A DNA stretch of 64,000 nucleotides from Minisyncoccota bacterium (GCA_041664245.1 JBAYLC010000003.1:394-64393), one strand, 5' to 3'. Positions 26,434 to 37,862 are shown, counted from the stretch's first letter. A program made the numbers and translations. Notes: generated by a model not told the origin, from the letters alone.

Positions 26434-27000
26434 ATGTCCGTCATAACCTATACAATGACCCCAGAACAAGAAATACAACAACAAGCAGTTTTAACTGCAG
26501 CGCACCAAGATTACTCGAAAGGGCTCAATTTACACGCATTTTTAAAGGTTAGTAATCGTTCAACTGGCGAAGACTTAGTTCAAGAAACATTCATTAAAAC
26601 ATGGGGATACCTAGTTAAAGGAGGAAAAATTGATTTGATGAAAGCTTTTCTCTACCACATCCTAAACAACTTGATTGTGGATGAGTATCGAAAACGCAAA
26701 ACAACATCACTTGATATTCTAATCGAAAAGGGCCATGAGCCCAACCACGAGCCCAGCACTGACAACAATCCCAAGCTCCTCTTCGATATTTTAGACGGAA
26801 AAGCGGCACTCCTCTTAATCAATCGCCTTCCTGAAAAATATAAAAAAGTGATGCATATGAAATACGTTCAAGATCTCTCTCTAAAAGAAATGTCTTTAAT
26901 CACCGGCCAATCAAAAAACTCTATTGCCGTACAAGCATACCGAGGACTCGAAAAACTCAAATTATTATATAATCCCTTACGTACAAATGGTAACGTCTAA
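26434..27000 (+). CDS. ECF-type RNA polymerase sigma factor
   Basis: Region 2 EDLVQETFIKTW...FLY.IL.N..VD.YRK; region 4 LPEKY..V..MKY...LSLKEMS.ITG. Start may be 26455. Confidence 0.9.
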   Translation: MSVITYTMTPEQEIQQQAVLTAAHQDYSKGLNLHAFLKVSNRSTGEDLVQETFIKTWGYLVKGGKIDLMKAFLYHILNNLIVDEYRKRKTTSLDILIEKGHEPNHEPSTDNNPKLLFDILDGKAALLLINRLPEKYKKVMHMKYVQDLSLKEMSLITGQSKNSIAVQAYRGLEKLKLLYNPLRTNGNV

Positions 27001-27022
27001 TTATAAAACCTAATTTTAAAAC

Positions 27023-27154
27023 ATGCTTTGGACAATTATTATAATCTTAATAGTTTTATGGCTTCTTGGGTTTAGTTTCAAAGTAGGCGGTAATCTAATT
27101 CACACCTTACTCGTTATTGCGCTTATTGTGGTTATCGTTAAACTCCTATCCTAA
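27023..27154 (+). CDS. lmo0937-family small membrane protein (43 aa)
   Basis: MLWTIIIILIVLWLLGFSFKVGGNLIHTLLVIALIVVIVKLLS; paralogue of 25381-25533. Confidence 0.85.
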   Translation: MLWTIIIILIVLWLLGFSFKVGGNLIHTLLVIALIVVIVKLLS

Positions 27155-27190
27155 TAAGTTCTCTTAATTAACAAGTTTAAACATCCCCTC

Positions 27191-28372
27191 CTAATTCGTT
27201 TTAAAAAAACTCTTCTTCCCAATTCTCAAAATTTCTCCGCCCTTCAAATTAAGAAGCTCTTTTGGATCCTTTTTAGTTTCTCCATCAACACTAAATCCGC
27301 CTTGCTCAACAAGCCGCCACGCTTCACTTTTACTCTTCACCACTCCGCTTTGATAAACTAAATCCACTACACTCATCTTTTTGTTTTTTACTTTTAGAAT
27401 CGGTAAATCTCCGCTGAATTCTTTTTTAGAAAAAATCTTATCAAAATTTTCTCTCGCCGCCCGGGCCGCTTTCTCACCGTGATAGATTTTTACAATTTCA
27501 TATCCCAGCTTCGCCTTCAAATCTCGAGGCAGTAATTCCTTCTTTAAGTTTTTAATCTCGTCTGAATTTAAATCAGTACAAAATTCAAAATACCTCTCCA
27601 TCATCTTATCCGGGATTTTCATTACCTTGCCAAACATCTGATCTGAAAATTCCGAAAGTCCGATGTAATTACCATAGCTCTTGCTCATTTTTTTCTCCCC
27701 ATCAGTTCCTTCCAAGAGTGGCAAAGTCATCACGTCTTGTTCTTTCATTCCAAAATGTCTTTGTACCCTCCGTCCCATAAGTAGATTAAACTTCTGATCC
27801 GTCCCGCCGAGTTCAATGCTCGCTTTAATCTTTAGAGAATCATAACCTTGAAAAACCGAATACAAAACTTCGAGTAAAGTAATATCATGTCCCTCGTCTA
27901 GTCGTTTTTTAAAATCCGCCCGTTTCAAAACCTGTTGGATACTGCTCGCTCCCGCCAATTCTAAAATCGCCTTCACTCCTCCCTCTTTAAACCACCGGCT
28001 ATTATAAACCACCTCCGTTTTTTTTATATCAATTATTTTCGCGGCTTGAGCTAAATAACTTTTCATATTGCCCTTCACTTCTTTTTCAGTAAGCGGCTTC
28101 CTAGTTTCGTTTTTTCCCGACGGGTCGCCAATCGTTCCGGTAAAATCGCCGATTACTAAAACAACTTTGTGTCCTAATTTTTGAAAATCTCTAAGTTTTC
28201 TTAAAACAACAGCGTGACCAAGATGCAAATCAGGCGCCGTCGGATCAATCCCAAATTTAACCCTTAGCTTATCGCCACCAAGAAGCCTTTTCTTGAGGTT
28301 TTCTTTTTCAATCACTTCCTCAACATTTCGGCTTAAAAGTTTCTCTACTTCCTCAGTTTTATTAATTGCCAT
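27191..28372 (-). CDS. tyrS: Tyrosyl-tRNA synthetase
   Basis: GIDPTAPDLHLGH, GGTDQKFN, KMSKS, C-terminal S4 domain. Start reassigned to ATG 28372. Confidence 0.97.
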   Translation of the reverse strand: MAINKTEEVEKLLSRNVEEVIEKENLKKRLLGGDKLRVKFGIDPTAPDLHLGHAVVLRKLRDFQKLGHKVVLVIGDFTGTIGDPSGKNETRKPLTEKEVKGNMKSYLAQAAKIIDIKKTEVVYNSRWFKEGGVKAILELAGASSIQQVLKRADFKKRLDEGHDITLLEVLYSVFQGYDSLKIKASIELGGTDQKFNLLMGRRVQRHFGMKEQDVMTLPLLEGTDGEKKMSKSYGNYIGLSEFSDQMFGKVMKIPDKMMERYFEFCTDLNSDEIKNLKKELLPRDLKAKLGYEIVKIYHGEKAARAARENFDKIFSKKEFSGDLPILKVKNKKMSVVDLVYQSGVVKSKSEAWRLVEQGGFSVDGETKKDPKELLNLKGGEILRIGKKSFFKTN

Positions 28373-28443
28373 AGATATCTGGATTTTATCACAACTTCCC
28401 CTATCAAAAAAGCCGCCTTTCGGCGGCACTTTCAAAAACAATA

Positions 28444-29025
28444 TTAATGATTTTTTATTATTTCATCAATAAGTCCGTACTCTTTTGCCTCAACCGGCGT
28501 CATGTAAAAATCTCGATCGGTATCCTTCTCTATTTTTGTAACCGGCTTCCCAGCGTGCTTTGCTAAAATCTGATTAATTTTATCTTTAATTTTAATAATG
28601 TGCCGCGCTGTGATTTCCACTTCAATCGCTTGCCCCTCTACTCCCCCCATCACTTGGTGGAGCATCACTTCCGAATTGGGTAAAGCAAATCTTTTCCCCT
28701 TTTTTCCTGCCGCCAAAAGAACCGCCCCCATCGAGGCCGCAATACCCACGCACATTGTCTGCACATCCGCCTTCACATATTGCATTGTGTCATAAATCGC
28801 CAATCCCGCCGTCACCGATCCTCCCGGTGTGTTCAAATAAATTCTGATGTCCTTTTTTGGATCTTCATGATCTAAAAATAAAAGCTGGGCAATCACCGCG
28901 TTTGCCACCCCATCCGTAATCGGCCCTCCCAGAAAAACTATTCTGTCTTTAAGAAGGCGAGAGTAAATATCATACGCCCTCTCTCCATATTGCGATTTCT
29001 CTATAACTGTTGGTATGAGATTCAT
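28444..29025 (-). CDS. clpP: ATP-dependent Clp protease proteolytic subunit
   Basis: [26 protein letters not shown]. Confidence 0.98.
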   Translation of the reverse strand: MNLIPTVIEKSQYGERAYDIYSRLLKDRIVFLGGPITDGVANAVIAQLLFLDHEDPKKDIRIYLNTPGGSVTAGLAIYDTMQYVKADVQTMCVGIAASMGAVLLAAGKKGKRFALPNSEVMLHQVMGGVEGQAIEVEITARHIIKIKDKINQILAKHAGKPVTKIEKDTDRDFYMTPVEAKEYGLIDEIIKNH

Positions 29026-29068
29026 ATTCTTATTATACGCTATCGCATACTACATATACTATATGATG

Positions 29069-31078
29069 TTACCTAAAAAACTGCACTAATAGCAACGCCA
29101 CGATATTTATAACCTTGATCAACGGATTGATCGCCGGCCCCGCTGTGTCCTTATACGGATCGCCAACGGTATCACCAGTCACGGCCGCTTTATGCGCTTC
29201 TGATCCTTTTCCGCCAAAATGGCCTGACTCAATATATTTTTTAGCGTTATCCCAAGCTGCTCCACCCGATGTCATCGAAATCGCCACAAAAAGTCCAGAT
29301 ACAATCGTCCCGATTAAAAATCCGCCAAGCGCCGCTTTGCCTAAAACAAAACCGACCACTAGTACCGAGACAATCGGCAAAAGCGCCGGCACAATCATTT
29401 CTTGTAAAGCGGCCTTCGTCACGATATCCACCGCTTTGCCATATTCCGGTTTTCCCGATCCGTCCATAATTCCTTTTATTTCCCTAAACTGCCGGCGAAT
29501 TTCTTCAACCAGCGTCCCCGCTGTTTTGCCAACCGCCTTCATTGCGATTGATCCAAAAAGATAAGGAACCGAAGCCCCAAGGAAAAGCCCGATCACTACT
29601 ATCGGCGTCTGAAGATCAAAAGAAAAGCTCTCTGTCAGTTTCTTCACCTCTTCAACATAACCGGAAAAAAGAACCAAAGCCGCCAGTCCGGCCGAAGCAA
29701 TCGCGTAACCCTTAGTTATAGCTTTAGTAGTGTTCCCCACCGCATCCAAAGCATCTGTCGCTTCCCGAACATCATTCGACTGACCGGTCATCTCGGCAAT
29801 CCCACCTGCATTATCGGTAATCGGCCCAAAAGCATCTATCGCCACAATAATCCCCGCCACCGAAAGCATTGAAGTCGCCGCAATCGCGATTCCGTATAAA
29901 CCTGCCAACGAAAATGCTCCCAAAATTCCAAGCACGATAATCACAATCGGCAAAAAAGTCGCTTCGGTTCCTACTGAAAGTCCCATTATAATATTCGTCC
30001 CATGCCCTGACTTTGATGCCTCTGCGATACTCTTAACCGGCCGATATTTTTTCGCCGTATAATAATCAGTTACCAAAACCATTAGCACCGTCACCGCTAA
30101 TCCAACTAAACTAGCCATAAAAATATTCGCAAAGTTGTCCGGGAAAAAATATTTTGAAGCGAAAAAGAAAAACACGGCTGACACAACAAGCGCCACCGTT
30201 AATCCTTTATAAAGCGCCCCCATTATTGAATTATTTTTACCCAGCTTCACAAAAAAAGTTCCTATTATTGAAGCTACAATTGCCAACCCACCCAAAACAA
30301 GCGGGAACTGAACTTGAAACGGAGACAAGTGTCCGAGTCCAACACCAATTAAAATCGCCGCCGTAAGCGTCACTGCATAGGTTTCAAAAAGATCCGCCGC
30401 CATTCCCGCGCAATCACCGACATTGTCGCCAACGTTATCCGCGATCACCCCGGGGTTCCTCGGATCATCCTCCGGAATTCCCGCTTCGATCTTCCCAACC
30501 AAATCTGTTCCCACATCCGCCGCTTTGGTAAAAATTCCTCCCCCCAATCTAGCGAAAACTGAGATAAGCGAACTTCCAAAAGCGAGCCCGATAAGCACAC
30601 CGGTACCACCACTCAAAATATCAGCCTGAAACATAAAGAAAAAAAGTGAGACCGCTAAAAGGCCCAACCCTACCACTAAGAAACCAGTCACCGATCCGCC
30701 CAAAAAGGCCACTCTAAATGCCTTCGCTAAACCATGCTTGGCTGCTTCCGTTGTCCGCGAATTAGTATCCACCGCTGTCATCATCCCCAAATAACCCGCC
30801 AAAGCCGAAGTGAAAGCGCCAACCAAAAATCCAAAAGCAATTATTTGCCCCGACGCATTAAATTTCATCATCGCCATAATCAAAAACGCGATTACAATCG
30901 CCACATATACAACCGTTTTATTCTGCCGCCGTAAATAACTCTTTGATCCCTCTTTAATTGCGTCCCGAATCGCCAGCATCTTTACATCTCCAGACGGATA
31001 TCGCTTGACTGACTTGATCAAGAACACTCCAAAAACGATCGACGCTAATGCCAAACCGACTGATAAAAATACATTCAT
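29069..31078 (-). CDS. hppA: Membrane-bound H+-translocating pyrophosphatase, K+-independent type
   Basis: [32 protein letters not shown] (Lys variant = K+-independent), [10 protein letters not shown]. Confidence 0.95.
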   Translation of the reverse strand: MNVFLSVGLALASIVFGVFLIKSVKRYPSGDVKMLAIRDAIKEGSKSYLRRQNKTVVYVAIVIAFLIMAMMKFNASGQIIAFGFLVGAFTSALAGYLGMMTAVDTNSRTTEAAKHGLAKAFRVAFLGGSVTGFLVVGLGLLAVSLFFFMFQADILSGGTGVLIGLAFGSSLISVFARLGGGIFTKAADVGTDLVGKIEAGIPEDDPRNPGVIADNVGDNVGDCAGMAADLFETYAVTLTAAILIGVGLGHLSPFQVQFPLVLGGLAIVASIIGTFFVKLGKNNSIMGALYKGLTVALVVSAVFFFFASKYFFPDNFANIFMASLVGLAVTVLMVLVTDYYTAKKYRPVKSIAEASKSGHGTNIIMGLSVGTEATFLPIVIIVLGILGAFSLAGLYGIAIAATSMLSVAGIIVAIDAFGPITDNAGGIAEMTGQSNDVREATDALDAVGNTTKAITKGYAIASAGLAALVLFSGYVEEVKKLTESFSFDLQTPIVVIGLFLGASVPYLFGSIAMKAVGKTAGTLVEEIRRQFREIKGIMDGSGKPEYGKAVDIVTKAALQEMIVPALLPIVSVLVVGFVLGKAALGGFLIGTIVSGLFVAISMTSGGAAWDNAKKYIESGHFGGKGSEAHKAAVTGDTVGDPYKDTAGPAINPLIKVINIVALLLVQFFR

Positions 31079-31117
31079 AGTAATAAATTTATATAAAAAT
31101 TAATTGATTTTAAATAT

Positions 31118-32347
31118 TTATTCATCCGACTTTTCGTCTTTATTCTCGCTAGCCACTTCCTCTCCGGCGATACCGCCCTCCTGCACCTCTTCCGGCCGTG
31201 TTTGTGAACGAACATCAATCTTCCAACCAGTCAGTCTCGCCGCTAAACGGACATTTTGTCCGCCGCGGCCGATTGCCAAACTAAGCTGGTCCTCGGGCAC
31301 AAAAACTCTCGCTTCTCTTCGCGGCAAAATTTCCACTGTTTTTACCTTTGCCGGCGAAAGCGAATTAGCGATAAGTTTTTCTGGATCTTCAGACCATTCA
31401 ATAATATCAATTTTTTCGTTGCCTAATTCGTTATTCACCACCATCACCCGCGTTCCTCGCTGCCCCACTAATGCCCCCACCGGATCCACTCCTTCGGCGT
31501 GAGATTGAACCGCTAATTTTGTCCGGTTGCCTGGTTCTCTCGTGATCGCTTTAATTTCCACCACTCCCTCTAATAGCTCTGGCACCTCTAATTCAAAAAG
31601 TTTTGATACGAATTTTGGATGTGATCTTGAAAGTATAATTCCCGGCAAACGGGTATCCTCTTGAACCGCTAACACCAAAAATCTTAACCGCTCACCCGAA
31701 CGATAGTGTTCCGAAGGAATTGATTCGTTTGAGAACATCACTCCCACCGTCCGGCCCAAATCAACATAAACATGGCCTCGCTCAAATCGCTGGATAATAC
31801 CACTTGCAATCTGCCCCTCCTTGCCCCGCCATTCCTGCAAAATTGACTCTCTTTCCGATCCGCGCAATTTTTGAAATATCACCTGCTTTGCCGCTTGAGC
31901 GGCAATTCGGCCGAAATCCTCTTTCGTCTCTAATGGAAAAGTTAATTCCTCTCCTAAAGCCACATCTGATTTTATCGCCCTCGCCTCATCAATTAGAATA
32001 TGCCTTTCGGGATTGTATCTCGGTAATTTCACCTCGTCTTCATTATCAGCAGTTGAAAAAGATTCGCCCGGCGCTCTCTTGAATTCATTCTTTCCTTCAT
32101 TCTCTTCCTCTCCCTCCTCAACAATTCTCACCGTCGTCTCGTCCACTACCGTTTTAATTTTCCAAAATTTAAGTACTCCGGTTTTAGTGTTAAGTTTCGC
32201 TTTAACAATCTCTCCTCTCTCGCCATATTCCTTTTTATAAGCCGCCGCAATCGACGACTCAATCGCCTCAAGAACTTTATCCGCCGCTATGCCCTTCTCT
32301 TCCGCTACTTGGGTAATTAACTTTCCAAAATTTTTTACGTCAAACAT
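31118..32347 (-). CDS. nusA: Transcription termination/antitermination factor NusA
   Basis: FGRIAAQAAKQ, S1 domain, REPG.RTK, KH LAIGRGGQNVRLAA.LTGW. Confidence 0.97.
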   Translation of the reverse strand: MFDVKNFGKLITQVAEEKGIAADKVLEAIESSIAAAYKKEYGERGEIVKAKLNTKTGVLKFWKIKTVVDETTVRIVEEGEEENEGKNEFKRAPGESFSTADNEDEVKLPRYNPERHILIDEARAIKSDVALGEELTFPLETKEDFGRIAAQAAKQVIFQKLRGSERESILQEWRGKEGQIASGIIQRFERGHVYVDLGRTVGVMFSNESIPSEHYRSGERLRFLVLAVQEDTRLPGIILSRSHPKFVSKLFELEVPELLEGVVEIKAITREPGNRTKLAVQSHAEGVDPVGALVGQRGTRVMVVNNELGNEKIDIIEWSEDPEKLIANSLSPAKVKTVEILPRREARVFVPEDQLSLAIGRGGQNVRLAARLTGWKIDVRSQTRPEEVQEGGIAGEEVASENKDEKSDE

Positions 32348-32606
32348 ATTTTTTTATTTTAATAATTTTTTCGGCCTTGTCTCTCCAATGTTTCAAACTC
32401 TGATTCTATTGTATCCTCGTCATCATAAAAACAAAGTCCGCGAAAGCGGACTAATCAACCACTGTCAAATTATATAGAATATTAGCTTTTAATGTCAAAT
32501 ACCCTTAAATAACCAACAAAACAAAGCTTTTTGAGCATATTGACAATATAAAAATAATGAGCTATAATAAAAGAAGCAAACGTAAATCAAGAAAGAGAGG
32601 TTTTTC

Positions 32607-32903
32607 ATGAGGAGAGTGCTGGTTTTCCTAGCGGCGGTTATTATTCTATTAGCCGCCATTCCTTCCTCCGTCAGCGCCCGTGGCAACCACTTTCGGTATG
32701 ATCCAGTTAGAACATATCGAATGACGACCAGCAATAGTTGCGGTAGTCACGGAAACCAATACCAAAATCGCGGCTTCAATCGCCGCGGCACCGGGCTGAG
32801 CATCGGAGGAAGTATCAACTACGAAAAAAACACGATATCTTCCGATGGAAAATCCCAGAAAACCATCCGGATATCTTTTGGGATTGGACTTTCTAAACGC
32901 TAA
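32607..32903 (+). CDS. Small secreted hypothetical protein
   Basis: TTGACA-N17-TATAAT promoter, SD GAGAGG, signal peptide, downstream hairpin GGCCCCGA...TCGGGGCC. Confidence 0.7.
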   Translation: MRRVLVFLAAVIILLAAIPSSVSARGNHFRYDPVRTYRMTTSNSCGSHGNQYQNRGFNRRGTGLSIGGSINYEKNTISSDGKSQKTIRISFGIGLSKR

Positions 32904-33259
32904 AACTTCATTCCTGATCCTCCTATCCCGATGCCTAGGCCCCGATCTTTGTCGGGGCCGATCTTTTTTATAGAAACCGCAATATCTATCTAACGGGGTT
33001 GACCTTTTTAATCATCTAGATTAAAATAAAAGCTCTAATTAGTTTTAACTATCTTTCTAAATTTATCTTAACTAACTCGCCTCCATTAATCTCCAAAGCA
33101 AAAAATAACCAAAAGGGTAATCTTTTTAAAAAATTCAATCAGCCTGCCAAGGTAGTAATCTTCCGTCCGTCAACTAGCGGAGGCAGATGGCAGACATATA
33201 CGGTTCACCCCGTCACGAAATTTGCTCGTAAAAAATAAAGGGATAAAAATCCAAGATCC

Positions 33260-33346
33260 GCCGAGGTGGTGAAACTGGCAGACACGCAGCGTTCAGGTCG
33301 CTGTGCTCGCAAGGGCTTGCGGGTTCAAATCCCGCCCTCGGCACCA
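33260..33346 (+). tRNA. tRNA-Leu(CAG)
   Basis: GCCGAGG acceptor, CAGCG-TTCAGGT-CGCTG, long variable arm, encoded CCA. Confidence 0.95.
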
Positions 33347-33397
33347 TAATTGAAATAAATTAATAAAAAAAGTAAAAATAAAAAAAACAAATAAATA

Positions 33398-35203
33398 ATG
33401 ATAAAAAAAACTTTAATTCGTCCAAGAGACGAATCTCAAAAAAATCGTTCTGTTAGATCAGAAAAACCAGCTCGTCGGCCTAGATTTTCGCCGTCCTCAA
33501 GAAAATCAGAATCAGAAATAAAAAATCCGATCCAGAAAAACGCAAACGCACTTCGTTTTATTCCTTTGGGTGGCCTCGAAGAAATCGGCCGCAATATGAT
33601 GTTTTTTGAATATAAAAACGAGATCGTCATCGTTGATGCCGGCCTTCAATTTCCCGAAGAAGAAACACCGGGCGTTGATTTTATTATTCCTAACATTACC
33701 TATCTCCAAGAAAAAAAAGCTAATATCCAAGCTCTAATCCTTACTCACGCCCACTACGATCATATTGGCGCCATTCCTTACGTAATGGAAAAAATTGGCA
33801 ACCCGCCGATCTACGCCACTTCTCTAACAAAAGCCATCGTCGAGAAACGGCAAGAGGATTTCCCCAACACCCCCAAATTAAGAATCATCACTGTCAAAAA
33901 TGGCGACGTCATGAAACTATCAAATCATTTCGAAGCCGAATTTTTTGCTATCCCTCACACTATTCCCGATTCGACGGGCATCCTTCTTAAAACCCCGGTC
34001 GGCAACGTTGCCAACCTCGGCGATTTCCGAGTTGAATATGATATGAACGGAAATCCGGAAGGTTTAGATGAATTAGAAAGAATTGGGAAAAAGGGTGTTC
34101 AATTATTCGTGATCGACAGCACCAGCGCCGACAAACCCGGCGTCTCCGAAAGCGAGCGCTTGGTTGAAAAAAATCTTGAGGACCTTTTCAAAAAAGCCCA
34201 AGGCCGCATTGTAATAGCCATGTTCGCATCCGTTCTAACGCGCATCGCCGAAGTCATCAAAATTGCCGAGAGATTAGACCGCAAGGTCGCTCTCTCCGGC
34301 TACTCAATGAAAGCCAACGTTCAAATTGCCCGCCAGCTCGGTTTCATTAAAGTCAGCAACGACACTGTTATCCCTTTAGAAGAAATCCATCGCTATAAAG
34401 ACAATAAACTTATTATTCTCTCAACTGGCGCCCAGGGCGAATCAAACGCTAGTTTGATGAAAATTATTACCGGCGAACACCGCTTCGTAAAAATCAAACC
34501 CGGCGACACCGTTATTCTCTCCGCCTCGATTATTCCCGGCAACGAACGTAGTGTTCAAAGTGTCAAAGACAATCTCGCCCGCCAAGGCGCTATCATCTTT
34601 CACTCCGATATTATCGACATTCACGCGAGCGGCCACGCCCCAAAAGAAGACCTCAAGCTGGTAATGAAACTTATCAACCCGAAATTCCTCGCTCCGGTTC
34701 ATGGCTACTATTACAAACGCTCAGTTAATGCCCAATCCGGCGTTGAAGTTGGTATTCCCAAAGAAAATATTTTTCTTTTAGACAATGGCCAAGTCGCCGA
34801 AATAACTCCTTCTAGTTTTAAAATCACCAAAGAGACAGTTCCTTCTTACTACGTCATGGTTGACGGTCTCGGCGTCGGTGACGTTGAAGAAGTTGTTCTT
34901 CGCGATCGCCGCACTCTCGCCCAAGAAGGAATGGTGGTTATCATCATCACCATCGACCGGAAAAATAATCAACTTCTCAAAAGCCCCGACATCATTTCTC
35001 GCGGCTTCATCTACTTAAAAGAGAACCAGGGTATCTTAGAAGAAATCCGCAAAAAAATCCGCAGCGTTCTCTCCCGCCTTCCCAACTACCAGCCGCTCGA
35101 AGCCGACTACCTAAAAACTTTAATCCGCGACCAAATCGGCCAGCTAATGTATAATAAAACCAAACGCCGGCCAATGATCCTACCGGTCGTGATTGAAATC
35201 TAA
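33398..35203 (+). CDS. rnj: Ribonuclease J
   Basis: PLGGLEEIGRNM, THAHYDHIG, GAQGE, HASGH, PVHG, RRPMILPV. Confidence 0.96.
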   Translation: MIKKTLIRPRDESQKNRSVRSEKPARRPRFSPSSRKSESEIKNPIQKNANALRFIPLGGLEEIGRNMMFFEYKNEIVIVDAGLQFPEEETPGVDFIIPNITYLQEKKANIQALILTHAHYDHIGAIPYVMEKIGNPPIYATSLTKAIVEKRQEDFPNTPKLRIITVKNGDVMKLSNHFEAEFFAIPHTIPDSTGILLKTPVGNVANLGDFRVEYDMNGNPEGLDELERIGKKGVQLFVIDSTSADKPGVSESERLVEKNLEDLFKKAQGRIVIAMFASVLTRIAEVIKIAERLDRKVALSGYSMKANVQIARQLGFIKVSNDTVIPLEEIHRYKDNKLIILSTGAQGESNASLMKIITGEHRFVKIKPGDTVILSASIIPGNERSVQSVKDNLARQGAIIFHSDIIDIHASGHAPKEDLKLVMKLINPKFLAPVHGYYYKRSVNAQSGVEVGIPKENIFLLDNGQVAEITPSSFKITKETVPSYYVMVDGLGVGDVEEVVLRDRRTLAQEGMVVIIITIDRKNNQLLKSPDIISRGFIYLKENQGILEEIRKKIRSVLSRLPNYQPLEADYLKTLIRDQIGQLMYNKTKRRPMILPVVIEI

Positions 35204-35204
35204 A

Positions 35205-36191
35205 ATGAAACCCGTTCTTATTTCAGGGATCCAGCCCTCTGGACGCCTTCATCTCGGCAATTACCTCGGCGCCCTAAAAAATTTCGTTGACCTCCAAAAT
35301 TCCGGCAAGTATGACTGCTACTTTTTTATTGCCGATCTTCATTCTTTAACCGAAAGCTACACGCCAGAAGAAAAACGCAAACAGATTTTAGAACTTATCT
35401 CCGACTACCTCGCCGTCGGTCTTAATCCTAAAAAATCAGTTATTTTCCTCCAATCTCAAGTTCTCGCTAATTCCGAGCTAGCTTTTATTCTAAACACCAT
35501 CACGCCAATAGGAGAACTGCGTCGGATGACTCAATACAAAGAAAAATCTCAAAACGAAAAAGAAACTTCCAACGTCGGCCTCTTTACCTATCCAACTCTT
35601 ATGGCCGCCGACATTTTAATTTATGATGCTAAATTTGTCCCGGTCGGCGACGACCAGCTCCAACATCTTGAACTCGCCCGCACTCTCGCCAGAAAATTCA
35701 ACTCTCGTTTCGGGAAAATTTTTGTCGAGCCCCAACCGCTTCTAACTAAATCTCCTCGCGTTATGAGCTTAGGTGATCCCACCAAAAAAATGTCTAAGTC
35801 CGCCCCTCAAACCTGCCTCTTCCTTGAAGATTCACCCGAAGAAATAAAATCAAAAATAAAACACGCCGTGACCGACTCTGGTAATGAAATTAAGTTTGAT
35901 CAAAATAAAAAACCCGGCCTAAGCAATCTTTTAAACATCTATTCGGCTTTAAGCGAAAAACCAATCGCCAAAATCGAAAAAGAATTTGCCAATCAAAACT
36001 ACGGTTCTTTCAAATCCGCTCTCGCCAATTTAATAATTGAAAATCTGGCTGATTATAGAAAACTTAAGAAGTCCCTAAAATCCAAAACCCATAACCTAAA
36101 AACTATTTTAAACGCCGGTTCTAAAAAAGCCTCTCTTAGGGCCAATAAAAAAATCGCTGAAGTAAAAAATAAAATTGGTTTGAATCTTTAA
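35205..36191 (+). CDS. trpS: Tryptophanyl-tRNA synthetase
   Basis: SGIQPSG.LHLGNYLGA, YPTLMAADIL, VPVGDDQ.QH, KMSKS. Confidence 0.98.
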   Translation: MKPVLISGIQPSGRLHLGNYLGALKNFVDLQNSGKYDCYFFIADLHSLTESYTPEEKRKQILELISDYLAVGLNPKKSVIFLQSQVLANSELAFILNTITPIGELRRMTQYKEKSQNEKETSNVGLFTYPTLMAADILIYDAKFVPVGDDQLQHLELARTLARKFNSRFGKIFVEPQPLLTKSPRVMSLGDPTKKMSKSAPQTCLFLEDSPEEIKSKIKHAVTDSGNEIKFDQNKKPGLSNLLNIYSALSEKPIAKIEKEFANQNYGSFKSALANLIIENLADYRKLKKSLKSKTHNLKTILNAGSKKASLRANKKIAEVKNKIGLNL

Positions 36192-36210
36192 AAATAAACC
36201 GGCAATTGGA

Positions 36211-36996
36211 ATGAAAAGGAACACTATCAATCACATAGCGAGCGCTGGCATAATTTACCCAAAAAACGACCCAACGAAAATATTTTTAGAGATAAAAGAT
36301 AAAACCTATCCCATTAAAAAATTCCGCCATTCTCTTTGTTTAATCGGCGGAAACTGGATCGGCAAAGCCGCCAAGAAAGATCAAAGTCCATCCTCTACTT
36401 TTAACCGAGAAGTAGAAGAAGAACTCTCCTTCAGGAAACCCTTGGTCAGTTCGACTGAGCTTAAACTTCTAGGAATCAAAAACTCCAAAGACTATCAAAT
36501 AAAAAAACTTAAACACAAACCCGACTCTAAAGATATAAAATCCCTTCGCTCTATAAAAACTATAATAAAAAAATCAAAAAAACCTTGGGGAGATTTTATT
36601 CACACCATCAATCAAAAAGAAATCCTCCTTAGTAACTTCATTGGTCAAAACAAAAACCTCGTTTTCGTAAACTCTTACTGGCTCATCCCGCTCAAGGAAA
36701 AAGATTGGGCAATCCTAGAAAATCTCCAAAAAAAATTCGGCAACTTATCCGAAGAGTCTCAAACCGTCATCATCTCAATAGATGATATTTTAAAAAATAA
36801 AATCCAAATCATCTGGGGTCACGACCACATCCTAAAAAAATTTTTCTTAAAAAATAAGATTAACTCAGCCAATAGATTATCAATTTTTAAAAATATTCAA
36901 AGTAAAAATCTAGGTAAAACCTTAAAGTCCTACAAAGAATACAAAAAGAAATTTACAATTCTCAGGAATCCATTCTTAGATAAAAATCTTGCTTGA
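36211..36996 (+). CDS. Divergent Nudix-like protein (paralogue 1)
   Basis: GGNW.G......P..TF.REVEEELSF partial Nudix box; homologous to 37905-38687. Confidence 0.65.
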   Translation: MKRNTINHIASAGIIYPKNDPTKIFLEIKDKTYPIKKFRHSLCLIGGNWIGKAAKKDQSPSSTFNREVEEELSFRKPLVSSTELKLLGIKNSKDYQIKKLKHKPDSKDIKSLRSIKTIIKKSKKPWGDFIHTINQKEILLSNFIGQNKNLVFVNSYWLIPLKEKDWAILENLQKKFGNLSEESQTVIISIDDILKNKIQIIWGHDHILKKFFLKNKINSANRLSIFKNIQSKNLGKTLKSYKEYKKKFTILRNPFLDKNLA

Positions 36997-37061
36997 CATA
37001 ATAGAAAAAACATATATAATTTAGCAAGTTTTATTGACAACCAAAATAAGGAAAGGAAGCC

Positions 37062-37862
37062 ATGAATTCTAAAGAGATAACCGCTCTGCGAAATGTATTA
37101 TCTGCTGCCATTCAAAAAGCTGGAAAAGTAGTTCTGACATCTAGAAAAAGGATCAGCATTGCAAGTACCTCCGCTCACGACTTAGTAACTACTGCCGACC
37201 ACAAGTCGGACGGATTATTAATCGCTACCCTCAAAAATCACTTTCCGAAAATTGCCGTATATTCCGAAGAGTCCGGCGGTGAAAAAAAGTTTCCAAAAGA
37301 ACTATTGGCTATTTTTGATGGAATTGACGGAACTATCAATTACTCCTCGGGGTCTCCTATCTGGGGAATCTCCGGAGCTATTCATGAAAACGGCATACCC
37401 ATCGCAGCCGCAATTTGCCAGCCCGCCCTAAACAAATTCTTCTCTATGACCGCTTATAAAACGGCGACCGTTCATCGCCAGGTCAGCGAAAGGAAATTGT
37501 CCGTTAGTAAGAAACGCGACCTAGAAACAGCTCGTGTTTGCACGGAATGGAAAAAAGGCAATTCGGAAATCGTCTATGATATCCTCCGAATCCTCTTTGA
37601 AAACACAATGTGCCCGCAAATATTTGTTTGCTGCACATTCTCGATAATGTTGGTCGCCGAAGGAATTTTAGATGGCTGCGTAGCATCCGGTCCTACGCCC
37701 GAAGACGTCGCCGCAGCAATTCCTATTCTTGAAGCCGCCGGCGGTCGCGTCACTGATCTCGATGGCAATCCCTACGACATATTTTCGGGAAAGGTAATGG
37801 TCGCTTCGAACGGCCACATCCACAAAGCACTTTTGAAAACTCTCGAATCGATCAGGAAATAA
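37062..37862 (+). CDS. Inositol monophosphatase family protein
   Basis: DLVTTAD, SEE, DGIDGTINY, D.AA...I..EAGG.VTD, ASNG. Confidence 0.9.
   Translation: MNSKEITALRNVLSAAIQKAGKVVLTSRKRISIASTSAHDLVTTADHKSDGLLIATLKNHFPKIAVYSEESGGEKKFPKELLAIFDGIDGTINYSSGSPIWGISGAIHENGIPIAAAICQPALNKFFSMTAYKTATVHRQVSERKLSVSKKRDLETARVCTEWKKGNSEIVYDILRILFENTMCPQIFVCCTFSIMLVAEGILDGCVASGPTPEDVAAAIPILEAAGGRVTDLDGNPYDIFSGKVMVASNGHIHKALLKTLESIRK

Noticed and set aside
24058-27154. Prophage or autonomous integrative element
   Set aside because: No integrase, transposase or structural genes, and no distal att repeat found near tyrS.
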